A stretch of 64,000 nt of DNA from an uncultured Alphaproteobacteria bacterium. Its GTDB lineage: Bacteria > Pseudomonadota > Alphaproteobacteria > Rhizobiales > Beijerinckiaceae. Below are positions 18,232 through 27,531 of the stretch, piece by piece. The stretch spans positions 15,708-79,707 of the forward strand of contig CAWCEV010000007.1 of the NCBI GenBank assembly GCA_963794655.1, given 5' to 3'. A model generated the notes under the pieces. The model saw only the letters and a program-made list of their open reading frames with translations. It was not told the origin of the DNA and made no database searches. Numbering within the stretch: the first letter of the stretch is position 1; every line of letters begins with the position of its first letter. The position numbers and the translations under genes were made by a program.

Positions 18232-18612
18232 ATGTCGGACGCCGGGATGCAAGGCGCGGCTGGCGGCGAGCGCCGGCGACGGACTTGGTCGGCTGATCAG
18301 AAGCAACGGATCATCGCGGAGAGCTTTGCGCCCGGCGCATCCGTTGCCGAGGTGGCGCGCCGTTATGGTCTGAACTCCAATATGCTGTTCACCTGGCGAC
18401 GGCGAGAACGGGCGGACATCAATGACGTCGGCAAGACAGTGACCATTGTGCCGGTGAGGGTCGTGGAGGCTACGCCGACTGCGACCGCCACAGCTCCGGC
18501 CTCGATGGGCCGGATGGAGATCGTGCTTGTCGGGGGCGAGCGGATTCTTGTCGGGGCGGACGTCGACGCGACGGCGCTGGCCCGGATCGTCAAGGCGCTC
18601 GGGCGGCGATGA
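18232..18612 (+). CDS. tnpA: IS66-family accessory protein TnpA
   Basis: ...RRRRTWSADQKQRIIAESFAPGASVAEVARRYGLNSNMLFTWRR... Confidence 0.85.
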   Translation: MSDAGMQGAAGGERRRRTWSADQKQRIIAESFAPGASVAEVARRYGLNSNMLFTWRRRERADINDVGKTVTIVPVRVVEATPTATATAPASMGRMEIVLVGGERILVGADVDATALARIVKALGRR

Positions 18613-18956
18613 TTCCGATCCCGAATGGGGCGCGGGTATGGCTAGTGACCGGCCACACCGATATGCGCAAAGGATTCGACGGTCTGGCGCTGATCGTCCA
18701 AGAGACATTGAGGCGCGATCCGCATTCCGGCCATCTCTTCGTTTTTCGCGGTCGCCGCGGGTCTCTGATCAAGTGTCTCTGGAGCGACGGCCAGGGCTTA
18801 TGCCTGTTCTCAAAGCGATTGGAGCGCGGGCGATTCCTGTGGCCATCGCTGGCCGATGGAACGGTGACGATATCGACGGCCCAGCTTTCCTATCTGCTGT
18901 CGGGCATCGATTGGCGCATGCCGCAAGAGACATGGCGGCCGACGGCGGTCGGATAG
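18609..18956 (+). CDS. tnpB: IS66-family TnpB
   Basis: MIPIPNGARVWLVTGHTDMRKGFDGLALIVQETLRRDPHSGHLFVFRGRRGSLIKCLWSDGQGLCLFSKRLERGRF; ATGA overlap with tnpA. Confidence 0.9.
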   Translation: MIPIPNGARVWLVTGHTDMRKGFDGLALIVQETLRRDPHSGHLFVFRGRRGSLIKCLWSDGQGLCLFSKRLERGRFLWPSLADGTVTISTAQLSYLLSGIDWRMPQETWRPTAVG

Positions 18957-19026
18957 GAGAAAAATCGGCTGAAGAAACGCAAAAAGGGGCGCCTCAAACG
19001 GTCGATTTTGTGATTCCATGTGATTC

Positions 19027-20660
19027 GTGGACGCCGATCTTTCCTCGCTTCCGGACGACATCGACGCGTTGAAAGCGGCGCTGATTGCGGCGCGGACCGA
19101 AGCAGCGGCGGAGAAGGCGTGCGCCGTCGCGGCCGTCGCTGAACTGGCGCGGGGTCGCGCGCTGATCGCGCATCTCAATCTTGAGATCGAAAAGCTGCGG
19201 CGCACGATTTACGGACCTCGCTCCGAGCGCACGGCGCGGCTGCTCGACCAATTGGAGCTTCAGCTGGAGGAGGCAGAGGCCAACGCGGCCGAAGATGAGC
19301 TCGCCGCCGAACCTACGAAGCCCGCCACCACGGTCAGATCCTTCGCGCGCAAGCGGCCGGCGCGAAAACCGTTCCCGGATCATCTGCCGCGTGAGCGCGT
19401 CGTGATCCCAGCGCCGCAGAGCTGCCCTTGCTGCGGCTCGGCCAAGCTGTCGAAGCTCGGCGAGGACATCACGGAGACGCTGGAGGTCGTCCCGCGTCAA
19501 TGGAAGGTGATCCAGACCGTGCGCGAGCGCTTCTCGTGCCGCGAATGCGAGACCATCACCCAGCCGCCGGCGCCCTTCCATGTGACGCCGCGCGGCTTCG
19601 CTGGCCCCAATCTGCTGGCGATGATCGTGTTCGAGAAGTTTGGTCAACATCAGCCGCTCAATCGCCAGAGCGAGCGCTACGCCCGAGAAGGCGTGGATCT
19701 TAGCCTATCGACGCTCGCTGACCTGGTCGGCGCCTGCGCCGCCGCCTTGCGGCCCCTGCACAGGTTGATCGAACGCCACGTTCTGTCGGCTGAGCGCCTG
19801 CACGGCGATGACACCAGGTTCCGATCCTGGCGAAAGGCAAGACTGAAACTGGCCGCGTCTGGATTTACGTCCGCGACGACAGGCCGTTCGGCGGCAAGGA
19901 CCCGCCGGCGGCGTTGTTCTACGCCTCGCGCGATCGCCGCGGCGAGCATCCTGAGCGGCATCTGACGAACTGGAGCGGCGTCCTCCAGGCCGACGCCTTC
20001 AGCGGCTACGCCAGACTTTATCCGCCCGATCGGAAACCGGGCCCGATCGTCGAAGCGCTATGTTGGAGCCACGCCAGACGCAAGTTCTTCGAACTCGCCG
20101 ACATCGCCGCCAACGCGAGGCGGGGCAAGATCGCCGCGCCGATCTCGCCGATCGCGCTGGAGGCGGTCAAACGCATCGACGCCATCTTCGACATCGAGAG
20201 CGAGATCAACGGCGTCACGGCCGAGGAGCGGCTCGCTGCGCGCCGCTCAAGGAGCGCGCCGCTCGTCGCCGCGCTCGAAGAGTGGACGCGCTCTGAACGC
20301 GCGAAGCTCTCCCGGCACAATGCCGTCGCCAAGGCCATCGACTACATGCTCACGCGCTGGCCGGCCTTCGTGCGGTTCCTTGAAGACGGGCGCATCTGCT
20401 TGACGAACAACGCGGCGGAACGAGCGCTGCGCGGCCTGGCCTTGGGAAGAAAGTCATGGCTCTTCGCCGGATCGGAGCACGGGGCTGAGCGCGCCGCGGT
20501 CATGTACACGCTGATTCAGACCGCAAAGCTCAACGGGATCGATCCACAGGCTTGGCTGGCAGACGTTCTTTCCAGGATCGCAGAGACGCTGCAGACCCGG
20601 CTCGCCGAGCTCCTACCCTGGAACTGGACGGCCGATCGCCCTTCCCGCGCCGCCGCCTAA
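19027..20660 (+). pseudogene. tnpC: IS66-family transposase TnpC, frameshifted
   Basis: Track ORFs 19027..19965 and 19914..20660 are the two halves. ...ERLHGDDT then shifts by -1 near 19815 to (Q)VPILAKGKTETGRVWIYVRDDRPFGG...; 1634 nt = 3n+2. Confidence 0.85.
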
Positions 20661-20684
20661 CCGCGGCCCTCGGCGGGGGCTTAC

Positions 20685-20692
20685 TGAGGAGC
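20685..20692 (+). repeat. 8-bp target site duplication of IS66 (TGAGGAGC), right copy
   Basis: See 18117..18124. Confidence 0.85.
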
Positions 20693-21117
20693 TGGGTGCG
20701 TTGAGACACCAACATCTCACGCACCTTGTGACGCATAAGAACGGCTTGATTGTCGATCGACCGTACCGGCACGAATCGCATCGAAGGCCGGGTGACCGCT
20801 TCACAAATCGCCGCCGCATCTGCCGTGTCGTTCTTCTGCCGGCGAACATAGGCCTTGACGTAGTTGGGTGGCATTAAGCGTGCGTCATGACCGAGTTTTA
20901 TCAACTCGCGAGCCCAGTGGTGAGCTGAACCACAAGCCTCCAAACCTATGACGCAGGGCGGTAGAGCGCCGAAGAAGGACAATACGTCCTTGCGCCGCAA
21001 TGCGGTGGCGATCACGGCCCGCCCCTCGGCGTCCACCGCGTGAATCTGGAAGACATGTTTCGCCAGATCCAAGCCAATCGTTGTAACCGACCTCAAGTCA
21101 ACGTGTGCCTTGCGCAT
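20693..21117 (-). pseudogene. IS110-family transposase, N-terminal part
   Basis: MRKAHVDLRSVTTIGLDLAKHVFQIHAVDAEGRAVIATALRRKDVLSFFGALPPCVIGLEACGSAHHWAREL...VSQRTQLL, cut by IS66. Confidence 0.85.
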
Positions 21118-21208
21118 TTGTGGCGCTCCTTCGGAGAGTGTTCGACAGCACCATCTAAGACATGCCTCCCACGGGAAGCAGGCGTTGCGAGCGCCGTCCA
21201 CACCATCA

Positions 21209-21890
21209 AGAGAGCCTGAGGGCTCTGGCCAAGCGACATGGGATCAACCAGAAGACCGTTGCCAAGTGGAAGAAGCGCGGCTCGGTCGCCGATCTTCCGA
21301 CGGGTCCTAAAGACGCTGCCTCAACGGTTCTAAGTGTCGAGGAAGAAGCGGTGATCGTCGCCTTCCGCAGGCATACGCTTCTGCCGCTGGACGACTGCCT
21401 CTACGCGCTTCACCCGACCATCCCGCATCTGACGCGCTCATCCCTGCATCGCTGCCTGCAACGTCACGGGATATCGAGGCTGCCGCAGGTTGAAGGCGAG
21501 GCTTCCGAGCGGCGCAAGTTCAGGGCCTATCCGATCGGCTATTTCCATATTGATATTGCTGAGGTCCGAACGGCCGAAGGCAAGCTCTATCTTCTCGTCG
21601 CGATCGACCGGACATCGAAGTTCGCCTTCGTCGAGCTGCACGAGAAGGTCGCACGCAAGACCGCGGGAGACTTCCTGCGGCATCTGATCGCCGCCGTCCC
21701 CTACAAAGTCCACACGGTCCTTACCGACAACGGAACGCATTTCACTACGCCGGGCAACACGAGTTCGGCAGCGCCCGACATCAGGGCCGCTCTCGACGCC
21801 GGAGAGCCCGTCTGGGCTCATGCCTTCGAATATGCCTGCGCTCAGAACCACATCGATCATCGCCTGACGAAGCCCAAGCACCCCTGGACC
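21209..21890 (+). pseudogene. IS481-family transposase, piece 2 of 3
   Basis: ESLRALAKRHGINQKTVAKWKKRGSVADLPTGPK...YFHIDIAEVRTAEGKLYLLVAIDRTSKFAFVELH...LTDNGTHFT...HRLTKPKHPWT, broken before the NGQVER motif. Confidence 0.85.
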
Positions 21891-23235
21891 ACTGATGTGA
21901 TCGACAAGTGTTTTTTTGCTGGATCTGAGCTATTTTCCTCTCGCGCATGGGTGACCGCGCGGCGAAGAGCAGGGCGCGAGGCGCAAGCCCTGCCGCGCAG
22001 CCTTCATCGTCGCACACCTCGGTTGCGGCGCCCGTGCGCACTCCCTTGAGACCACGCGGATTCCAACCGGAGACGAAGCGCGCGTAGGCCGTCTCGGCTT
22101 GCTCGATCCACCTGCGCTCCTGATCGCGATGGCTCTTGATATTGTAAGCGTGAGCTGCGCCTCTTTGGCCGCGTTCGGCTTTATAACCCGCCTTCAGCTC
22201 CAAATCGCGCAGCTTCCTGGCGTGCAGCGCCGGTCGGGCCCACACGTAGCTTTCACCTTTGCTCAGCAGATGCCAGATGAGGACCGCGAGCTTGCGGGAG
22301 GTCGCGACAGCGGCGACATGCTGACCGCGGCGGGCGCGGACTCGCAGGAAGAACGCACGCAACGGACCCGGCGCTCGCGCTGCCGCCCAGGCGGCCTCGA
22401 CGAGCATGCCTCGGGCATGGCCGCGGCCCTGCTTGGTGATCCGGCCGTGATAAGCCGGTCCAGGACCTGACTGTCTGACGCTTGGGTTGAGGCCGAGATA
22501 GCTCACCAGCTTCTGCGACTGCTCGAAGCGTCCCACGTCGCCGATCGCGGCCACGATGGCGAGCGCCACCACCATGTCGACCCCTGGGATTGTCATCAGG
22601 CGTTTGACGCCCTCGTCCCCTAACGCCGAACGGGCAAGGTCACGCTCGATGACCTTGAGGTCCTCGCCGAGCCGATCGAACTCGCGCAGATGCCGTTCGA
22701 CGGCAAGCCGTTCGTCCTCCGGCAAGACCTGGTGAAAAAGCCATGCCCGCCCGCTGGCCCCGCACAGATCGGCGTGCGGGCAGGAGGGGATCAAGTGGCT
22801 GTGCAGGATCGACTGGATGATGTTCTTCAAGCGCGATCGCTGCCGGACGATCTGGTTACGCCGGGTCACCTGCCGGCGGAGCGCCTGAGTCGGCTCATCC
22901 GGAATCCAGACTTCGGGCAGAAAGCCGCTCGCATAAAGTTGGGCGAGCACGCTGGCGTCGATCGTATCGGTTTTGATCTTCGCATGAGCGATGACGCGCA
23001 CTTGCTTGGGGTTTGCGATCACGACTTTCTTGACGTGCGGCGCGATCACCGCAGCGACCGAGGCTGCGTTGCCGGTCGCTTCGACGACAACGATGTCCTC
23101 CTTGGCGAGCTTCTTTGCGAAAGCCTCGAGAAGATGGCGGCGCATGTCGACACGCCCCAGCCGCTTGAGCTTGCCGTCGTCCCAGGCCACCGCCTCGGCG
23201 AAGGCGCGGTGGATATCCAGACCAATAATCCGCAT
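21781..23235 (-). CDS. IS110-family transposase (ORF reads through the element end)
   Basis: MRIIGLDIHRAFAEAVAWDDGKL...VVVEATGNAA...RLMTIPGVDMVVALAIVAAIGDVGRFEQSQKLVSYLGLNPSVRQSGPGPAYHGRITKQGRGHARGMLVEAAW... The last ~37 codons (21781..21890) lie in flanking IS481 DNA. Confidence 0.85.
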   Translation of the reverse strand: MRIIGLDIHRAFAEAVAWDDGKLKRLGRVDMRRHLLEAFAKKLAKEDIVVVEATGNAASVAAVIAPHVKKVVIANPKQVRVIAHAKIKTDTIDASVLAQLYASGFLPEVWIPDEPTQALRRQVTRRNQIVRQRSRLKNIIQSILHSHLIPSCPHADLCGASGRAWLFHQVLPEDERLAVERHLREFDRLGEDLKVIERDLARSALGDEGVKRLMTIPGVDMVVALAIVAAIGDVGRFEQSQKLVSYLGLNPSVRQSGPGPAYHGRITKQGRGHARGMLVEAAWAAARAPGPLRAFFLRVRARRGQHVAAVATSRKLAVLIWHLLSKGESYVWARPALHARKLRDLELKAGYKAERGQRGAAHAYNIKSHRDQERRWIEQAETAYARFVSGWNPRGLKGVRTGAATEVCDDEGCAAGLAPRALLFAARSPMRERKIAQIQQKNTCRSHQWSRGAWASSGDDRCGSERRHIRRHEPRRALRRRERP

Positions 23236-23494
23236 GGTTGCTCCTCCGTCTCTGTTCGTTCATGGCGGGAGCTGGCGGGCAACACGACATCTACTGATCC
23301 GCGCTCACGGCGCATCCGGGAAAGTCGCAAGGGGCGGCCATGTAACGAGCTCGGGCTCTCAGCCCACTGTCTGTCGACGGCCTGCCCGCACCTTCGTGCT
23401 CCCGGCGCCCCGTGTCCAGGATGGGCTCACCATATCGCCATCTCCCTTTCGGAAACAGGCGGACAGCAAGGCGCCGACGGATCACATACCGGAT
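21891..23494 (-). mobile_element. IS110-family element (1604 bp)
   Basis: It splits ...KPKHPWT | NGQVERFHKTVLDEFY... of the IS481 transposase without a duplication. A subterminal IR ATGTGATC sits at 21895..21902 and 23480..23487. A 259-nt non-coding end lies upstream of the transposase ATG. Confidence 0.75.
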
Positions 23495-23767
23495 AACGGC
23501 CAGGTCGAGCGGTTCCACAAGACGGTGCTCGATGAGTTCTACCGCATCGCTTTCCGAAAGAAGATCTATGGACCGATTGCTGAACTCCAGACCGACCTCG
23601 ATCGCTGGGTCCAAAGTTACAATGAGGAAAGGCCGCACCAAGGACGATGGTGCTTCGGCAAAACGCCGATGCAGACGTTCCTTGACGCGACGCCGCTTGC
23701 GAAGGAGAAAATGATTTGCTGCCTGATCATACCTGACAGGCCGAACCGACCGATCTCCAGACGCTGA
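23495..23767 (+). pseudogene. IS481-family transposase, piece 3 of 3
   Basis: NGQVERFHKTVLDEFYRIAFRKKIYGPIAELQTDLDRWVQSYNEERPHQGRWCFGKTPMQTFLDATPLAKEKMI... Confidence 0.8.
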
Positions 23768-24034
23768 CCGTCAGATCAAGTGCCAGCTACTACAATTTTG
23801 GACACGCACCTGAAACGACTTTTGATCGACGCTCGCGCGGCCAATCCCCCCTCCACCCGCCCCTTGCCAAGTTTCGAGCCCAAGCTCCGGTCACCCTCCG
23901 CACGCGCAAGTCACCAGCCGCTGAACGCTCTGGCTGGCCGCCACCGTTGGCGCTCAACCCAAGCACGGCCCTTGTTCACTTATCTCGACTCACTTACCGC
24001 TTTGAGGCGCTCAGGCTGGGACCAAGGAGCGCAC

Positions 24035-24283
24035 ATGGAATGGGTTCTGAACAGCTACGACCGAAGAACGGACAGGGACGGCCAGAATCGGTTCACCACG
24101 GAGGCTGCGTTCCTCGCGGCAGGGCAGGACTTGCTTAGCAATGCCTGGAGGGGGTTTGACTCCGCGATCCTCCCAGATGGAACTGTGGTCAAAGAGGTGG
24201 GCGCATTGCGGGCGATAATCGCCGCCAGCCGTTTCGTTGCGAACAGTCGTGCGAGCGGGAACTTTCAAGACCGCGCCAAGTAA
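24035..24283 (+). CDS. hypothetical protein
   Basis: AAGGAG lies 7 nt upstream of ATG 24035; 82 aa (MEWVLNSYDRRTDRDGQNRFTTEAAFLAAGQDLL...); no family recognised. Confidence 0.45.
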   Translation: MEWVLNSYDRRTDRDGQNRFTTEAAFLAAGQDLLSNAWRGFDSAILPDGTVVKEVGALRAIIAASRFVANSRASGNFQDRAK

Positions 24284-24535
24284 GCGCGCGTTGCGCCTGG
24301 AAATCTGAGCAGAATCTGTGATTTCAGCGAGATATCAACGGCTACGATATCGGGGTTCTGACGGGCTTGCCGACCGGCTCTGAGCCTTGGCGCTCGACGG
24401 CCAGGTGAATGACCCGGTCTGAAGGCATAAGTGCCACTTGGCGCGCAGCTTCGGACGCCGTTGCGGAGGGGCCTATTCGACGAGCGCCTTGAGCACCGCG
24501 TCTGCCTCTACCGTCGCCCGGCGTCCACGCGGCGC

Positions 24536-26446
24536 TCAGCCGCCGGTCTCGGCGACCCAGACCTGCATTGAGCCCAGCCCGCGGTTGGCCCAGAGATGAT
24601 AGGGCAGCGCGACGAGCGCGGCATCCTCGGCCGCGGGCGGCTCGGTCGAATAGAGCGCGCTGGCGCCCTTGCCGGGAACAAGGCGTTTCGCGCTCGCCTT
24701 GAGCGTCATCACGCCGCCGAACAGGTCCGTCCGCCATCGGGCGTCGAGCGGCGCCGGGCGCGGCAGCGCCAGGGTCTGGACTGGCCCGCCGGGATTGTCG
24801 GCCTCCTCGACGCAATAGATCAGCGGACCGCGCCTCAGCGCCGCGCGCCCTATATCCATGCGCACGTTGGGATGGGCGTATATCCGCTCGGCCGGCATTT
24901 TGAGATCGAGCGTCACCGCGTCGCCCTTGCGCCACAGCCGGCGGATGGTCGCGTATCCGTTGACGGGCGCGAGCGCGACTTTCTCTCCGTTGACCGCCGC
25001 GATCGCGCCTTTCGCCCATTCGGGAATGCGGAGCTTGAGATCGAAAGTCGCCGGCGCTTCCGGGTCGAGGTCGATCCTGACCTCGCCGGACCACGGATAG
25101 GCGCTCGTCTCCCGTAGCGCGACGTTCACGCCGGCCAATGTGACTGTCGTTTCGAACCCGCCGTAAAGGTGGAAGGCGACGCCGTCCTCGCTCACCGAGA
25201 GCGCATAGCCAGCGACCGACGCCACCAGGCGCGACACATTCATCGTGCAGCAGGGGCACACATGCCAGGCCCAGCGCCCGCGCCCGCCGCGGCTCTCGAG
25301 CGGGTTGGCGTAGAAATAATGCACCCCGTCGCGCGCGAGCCCGGTCAGCGCGCCATTGAAAAGCGCAAGCTCCATCACGTCGGCGTAACGGCCGTCGAGA
25401 TCGAGATGCAGCATCCGATGAGCCCAGAAGATGAGCGCGACCGAGGCGCAGGTCTCGGCGTATGCGGTTTCATTTGGCAGGTCATAGGGCTCGGTAAAGC
25501 CCTCGTTGGTCTCCTTCGGCCCAAGACCCCCGGTCACATACATCTGCGCCGTGGTGACGTCGCGCCACAGCGCCTCGCACGCGCGCTTCAGAGTCTCATC
25601 GCCAAGCTCGAGCGCAAGGTCGGCCATGGCCGAGGCCATATACATGGCGCGCACGGCGTGCCCGACCATCCGGGTCTGCTCGCGAACGGGGATGTGAGAC
25701 TGGTTATACTCGTAGGTCCCGGCCCAGTAGCTCGCTGGATCGTCGCCCCGCGCCAGCGCCTCCTCGGTGTAATAGTGCGGCTGACGGCCGCGCTCGTCGA
25801 TGAAATAGGCGGCGAGATCGAGGCGCCGGCGGTCGCCGGTCAGACGGTAGAGCTTGACGAGCGCGAGTTCGATCTCCTGGTGTCCTGGATAGCCGCGCTT
25901 CTGTCCGGGACCGCGGCCGAACATTGTGGCGATGTGATCAACGTACCGCTCCATGACGTCGAGCATTTGGCGCCGTCCGGTGGCGCGGAAGTAGGCGATG
26001 GCGCCTTCGAGCAGGTGCCCGGCGTTGTAGAGCTCATGGTTGTCGCGCAGGTTCGTCCAGCGCTTCTCCGGCTCGCGACCGTTGTACCATGAGTTGAGAT
26101 AGCCGTCGGGCGACTGGGCGCGCGCGAGATCGTCGACGATGGCGTCGATCTTCGACTCGATGTCGACGTCACGCCGGTGGGCGAGGGCGTAGCTCGCCGC
26201 CTCGATCCATTTGCCGACATCAGAGTCCCAGAAGATCTGGGTGCTGAGTCCGTGGCTGTTGCGTGGGATTCTAAGCGGGGGCGGCGGCTGCGGCAGCTTA
26301 AGCGATTCAAGCGCGCCGACTTCCGCAAGCTTGGCGTGCTGGCTTGGGATGGTGCGCGTCAGCACTGTCTCGAGGCGCTCGCGCCAGAAAGGGCTGGTCA
26401 GCTTCACCTGCGCGAACGGAACGGGGGCGTAGCGGCGACGAGTCAT
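24536..26446 (-). CDS. glycoside hydrolase family 127 (beta-L-arabinofuranosidase, DUF1680)
   Basis: MTRRRYAPVPFAQVKLTSPFWRERLETV...NHELYNAGHLLEGAIAYF...GYPGHQEIELALVKLY...ETCASVALIFW...CPCCTMNVSR. Start 26446 overlaps the lacI stop (ATGA). Confidence 0.9.
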   Translation of the reverse strand: MTRRRYAPVPFAQVKLTSPFWRERLETVLTRTIPSQHAKLAEVGALESLKLPQPPPPLRIPRNSHGLSTQIFWDSDVGKWIEAASYALAHRRDVDIESKIDAIVDDLARAQSPDGYLNSWYNGREPEKRWTNLRDNHELYNAGHLLEGAIAYFRATGRRQMLDVMERYVDHIATMFGRGPGQKRGYPGHQEIELALVKLYRLTGDRRRLDLAAYFIDERGRQPHYYTEEALARGDDPASYWAGTYEYNQSHIPVREQTRMVGHAVRAMYMASAMADLALELGDETLKRACEALWRDVTTAQMYVTGGLGPKETNEGFTEPYDLPNETAYAETCASVALIFWAHRMLHLDLDGRYADVMELALFNGALTGLARDGVHYFYANPLESRGGRGRWAWHVCPCCTMNVSRLVASVAGYALSVSEDGVAFHLYGGFETTVTLAGVNVALRETSAYPWSGEVRIDLDPEAPATFDLKLRIPEWAKGAIAAVNGEKVALAPVNGYATIRRLWRKGDAVTLDLKMPAERIYAHPNVRMDIGRAALRRGPLIYCVEEADNPGGPVQTLALPRPAPLDARWRTDLFGGVMTLKASAKRLVPGKGASALYSTEPPAAEDAALVALPYHLWANRGLGSMQVWVAETGG

Positions 26447-27531
26447 GCGTTCAATTCTCCCGCGGCGTTGCTGCCGGCGTGCGCGCCGCACGACTCTCTC
26501 ACCACCAAGGAACATGGCAGCCGCCTCACGCCGGCGACAGCGTGGCCAGACATCATATCGAGCAGGCATTCGCCCGCCGCGCGGCCGAGCGCGTCCAGAT
26601 TCATGTCGACGCTGGTCAGCGGCGGCCGGGCGCCCTTGGCCATGACTTCCCAATTGTCGAAGCCCACCACCGCGACCTCGGCCGGGACGGAGCGGCCCAG
26701 GTCGCGCAGCGCGTCGATCGCCCCTCGGGCGATCTGGTCGTTGCCGCAAAAGAGCGCGTCCGGCGGTCGCCGACGCTTGAAGAGGCGCCGGGTCGCCTCG
26801 CGCCCCCAGCCCTCCGACCAATCGCCCGCCAGACATTCTTCGGCCTCACCGACAAGCCCGGCTCGCGCGAGCGCGTCGCGATAGCCTTCCTCGCGCAAGC
26901 GCACGGCCTCGAAGCGCTCCGGCCCGGTGATATGGGCGACGCGCTTGCGGCCGAGCGCGGCGAGATGCGTCACCGCGAGCGCCGCTCCACCCTTGTCGTC
27001 CGGAAGCAGGCACAAGGCATCGGCGTTTTCGACCCGCGAGTAGACATAGACGACCGGCAATCCGCGCGCGACGGGCTCGATGGGCTCGCGCTTGTCCCCG
27101 CGCCGAGCGGTGACGACGAGGCCGTCGACGCGCTTGCCCAGCAATTGCTCAATATGCCGACGCTCGCGCACGGGGTCGTCGGTGGCGTTGCACATGAAGA
27201 CCGCGATGCCGTGATCGGAGAGGCGCCGCTCCAACGCCTCGACGATGGGAAACGCAAACCGGCCGAAGCTATCGTTGGATAGGATGCCGACCGTCATCGA
27301 GCGCGTCCGGTGCAGGCTCTGCGCCAGGTCGTTCGGCCGATAGCCGATCTCGCTTGCGACGCGAAGAACCCTGCCGCGCGTCTCCGCGCTCAAGCGCCCA
27401 TTGGCGTTCATCGCCTTCGAGGCGGTGCCGATGGAAACGCCCGCGAGACGGGCGACGTCGCGAATGGTAAGCGTGATCCTCCCCCGCCGCTGGTCGCCGC
27501 CCGCAATCGCGTCGTCCGCGGCATCGTTCAT
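26443..27531 (-). CDS. LacI-family transcriptional regulator
   Basis: ITLTIRDVARLAGVSIGTASKAMNANGRLSAETRGRVLRVASEIGYRPNDLAQSL... followed by a periplasmic-binding-fold sensor. ATGA overlaps at both ends. Confidence 0.9.
   Translation of the reverse strand: MNDAADDAIAGGDQRRGRITLTIRDVARLAGVSIGTASKAMNANGRLSAETRGRVLRVASEIGYRPNDLAQSLHRTRSMTVGILSNDSFGRFAFPIVEALERRLSDHGIAVFMCNATDDPVRERRHIEQLLGKRVDGLVVTARRGDKREPIEPVARGLPVVYVYSRVENADALCLLPDDKGGAALAVTHLAALGRKRVAHITGPERFEAVRLREEGYRDALARAGLVGEAEECLAGDWSEGWGREATRRLFKRRRPPDALFCGNDQIARGAIDALRDLGRSVPAEVAVVGFDNWEVMAKGARPPLTSVDMNLDALGRAAGECLLDMMSGHAVAGVRRLPCSLVVRESCGAHAGSNAAGELNA

Larger units (their letters stand above)
18125..20684 (+). mobile_element. IS66-family insertion sequence (2560 bp)
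   Basis: Ends are GTATCCCACCGGCGAGGGCCGC... and ...GCGGCCCTCGGCGGGGGCTTAC (imperfect IR starting GTA). It has the tnpA-tnpB-tnpC organisation and a perfect 8-bp TSD. Confidence 0.9.
17245..21208 (-). mobile_element. IS110-family element (IS1111-like, subterminal IRs), itself interrupted by an IS66 element
   Basis: Inserted inside IS481 codon 23. A 14-bp subterminal IR GGACGGCGCTCGCA sits at 17250..17263 and 21186..21199. TCA is present at both junctions. Length without IS66 and its TSD is 1396 bp. Confidence 0.8.
17100..23780 (+). mobile_element. IS481-family element carrying two IS110-family insertions (outer boundaries approximate)
   Basis: The transposase gene pieces at 17177..17244, 21209..21890 and 23495..23767 sum to 1023 nt = 341 codons in one frame. 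Weak inverted repeats (CTGACATCAGGC near 17101; CTGACGGTCAGC on the minus strand near 23765) are only suggestive. Confidence 0.6.

Noticed and set aside
24342-26884. Track ORFs overlapping the GH127 gene (24342..25259, 24596..25117, 25169..26092, 25840..26328, 26177..26884) and the N-terminal extension of 24536..26836
   Set aside because: They are Arg/Pro/Gly-rich shadows of a well-supported GH127 frame. The extension upstream of ATG 26446 overlaps the lacI coding region and has no similarity to the family.
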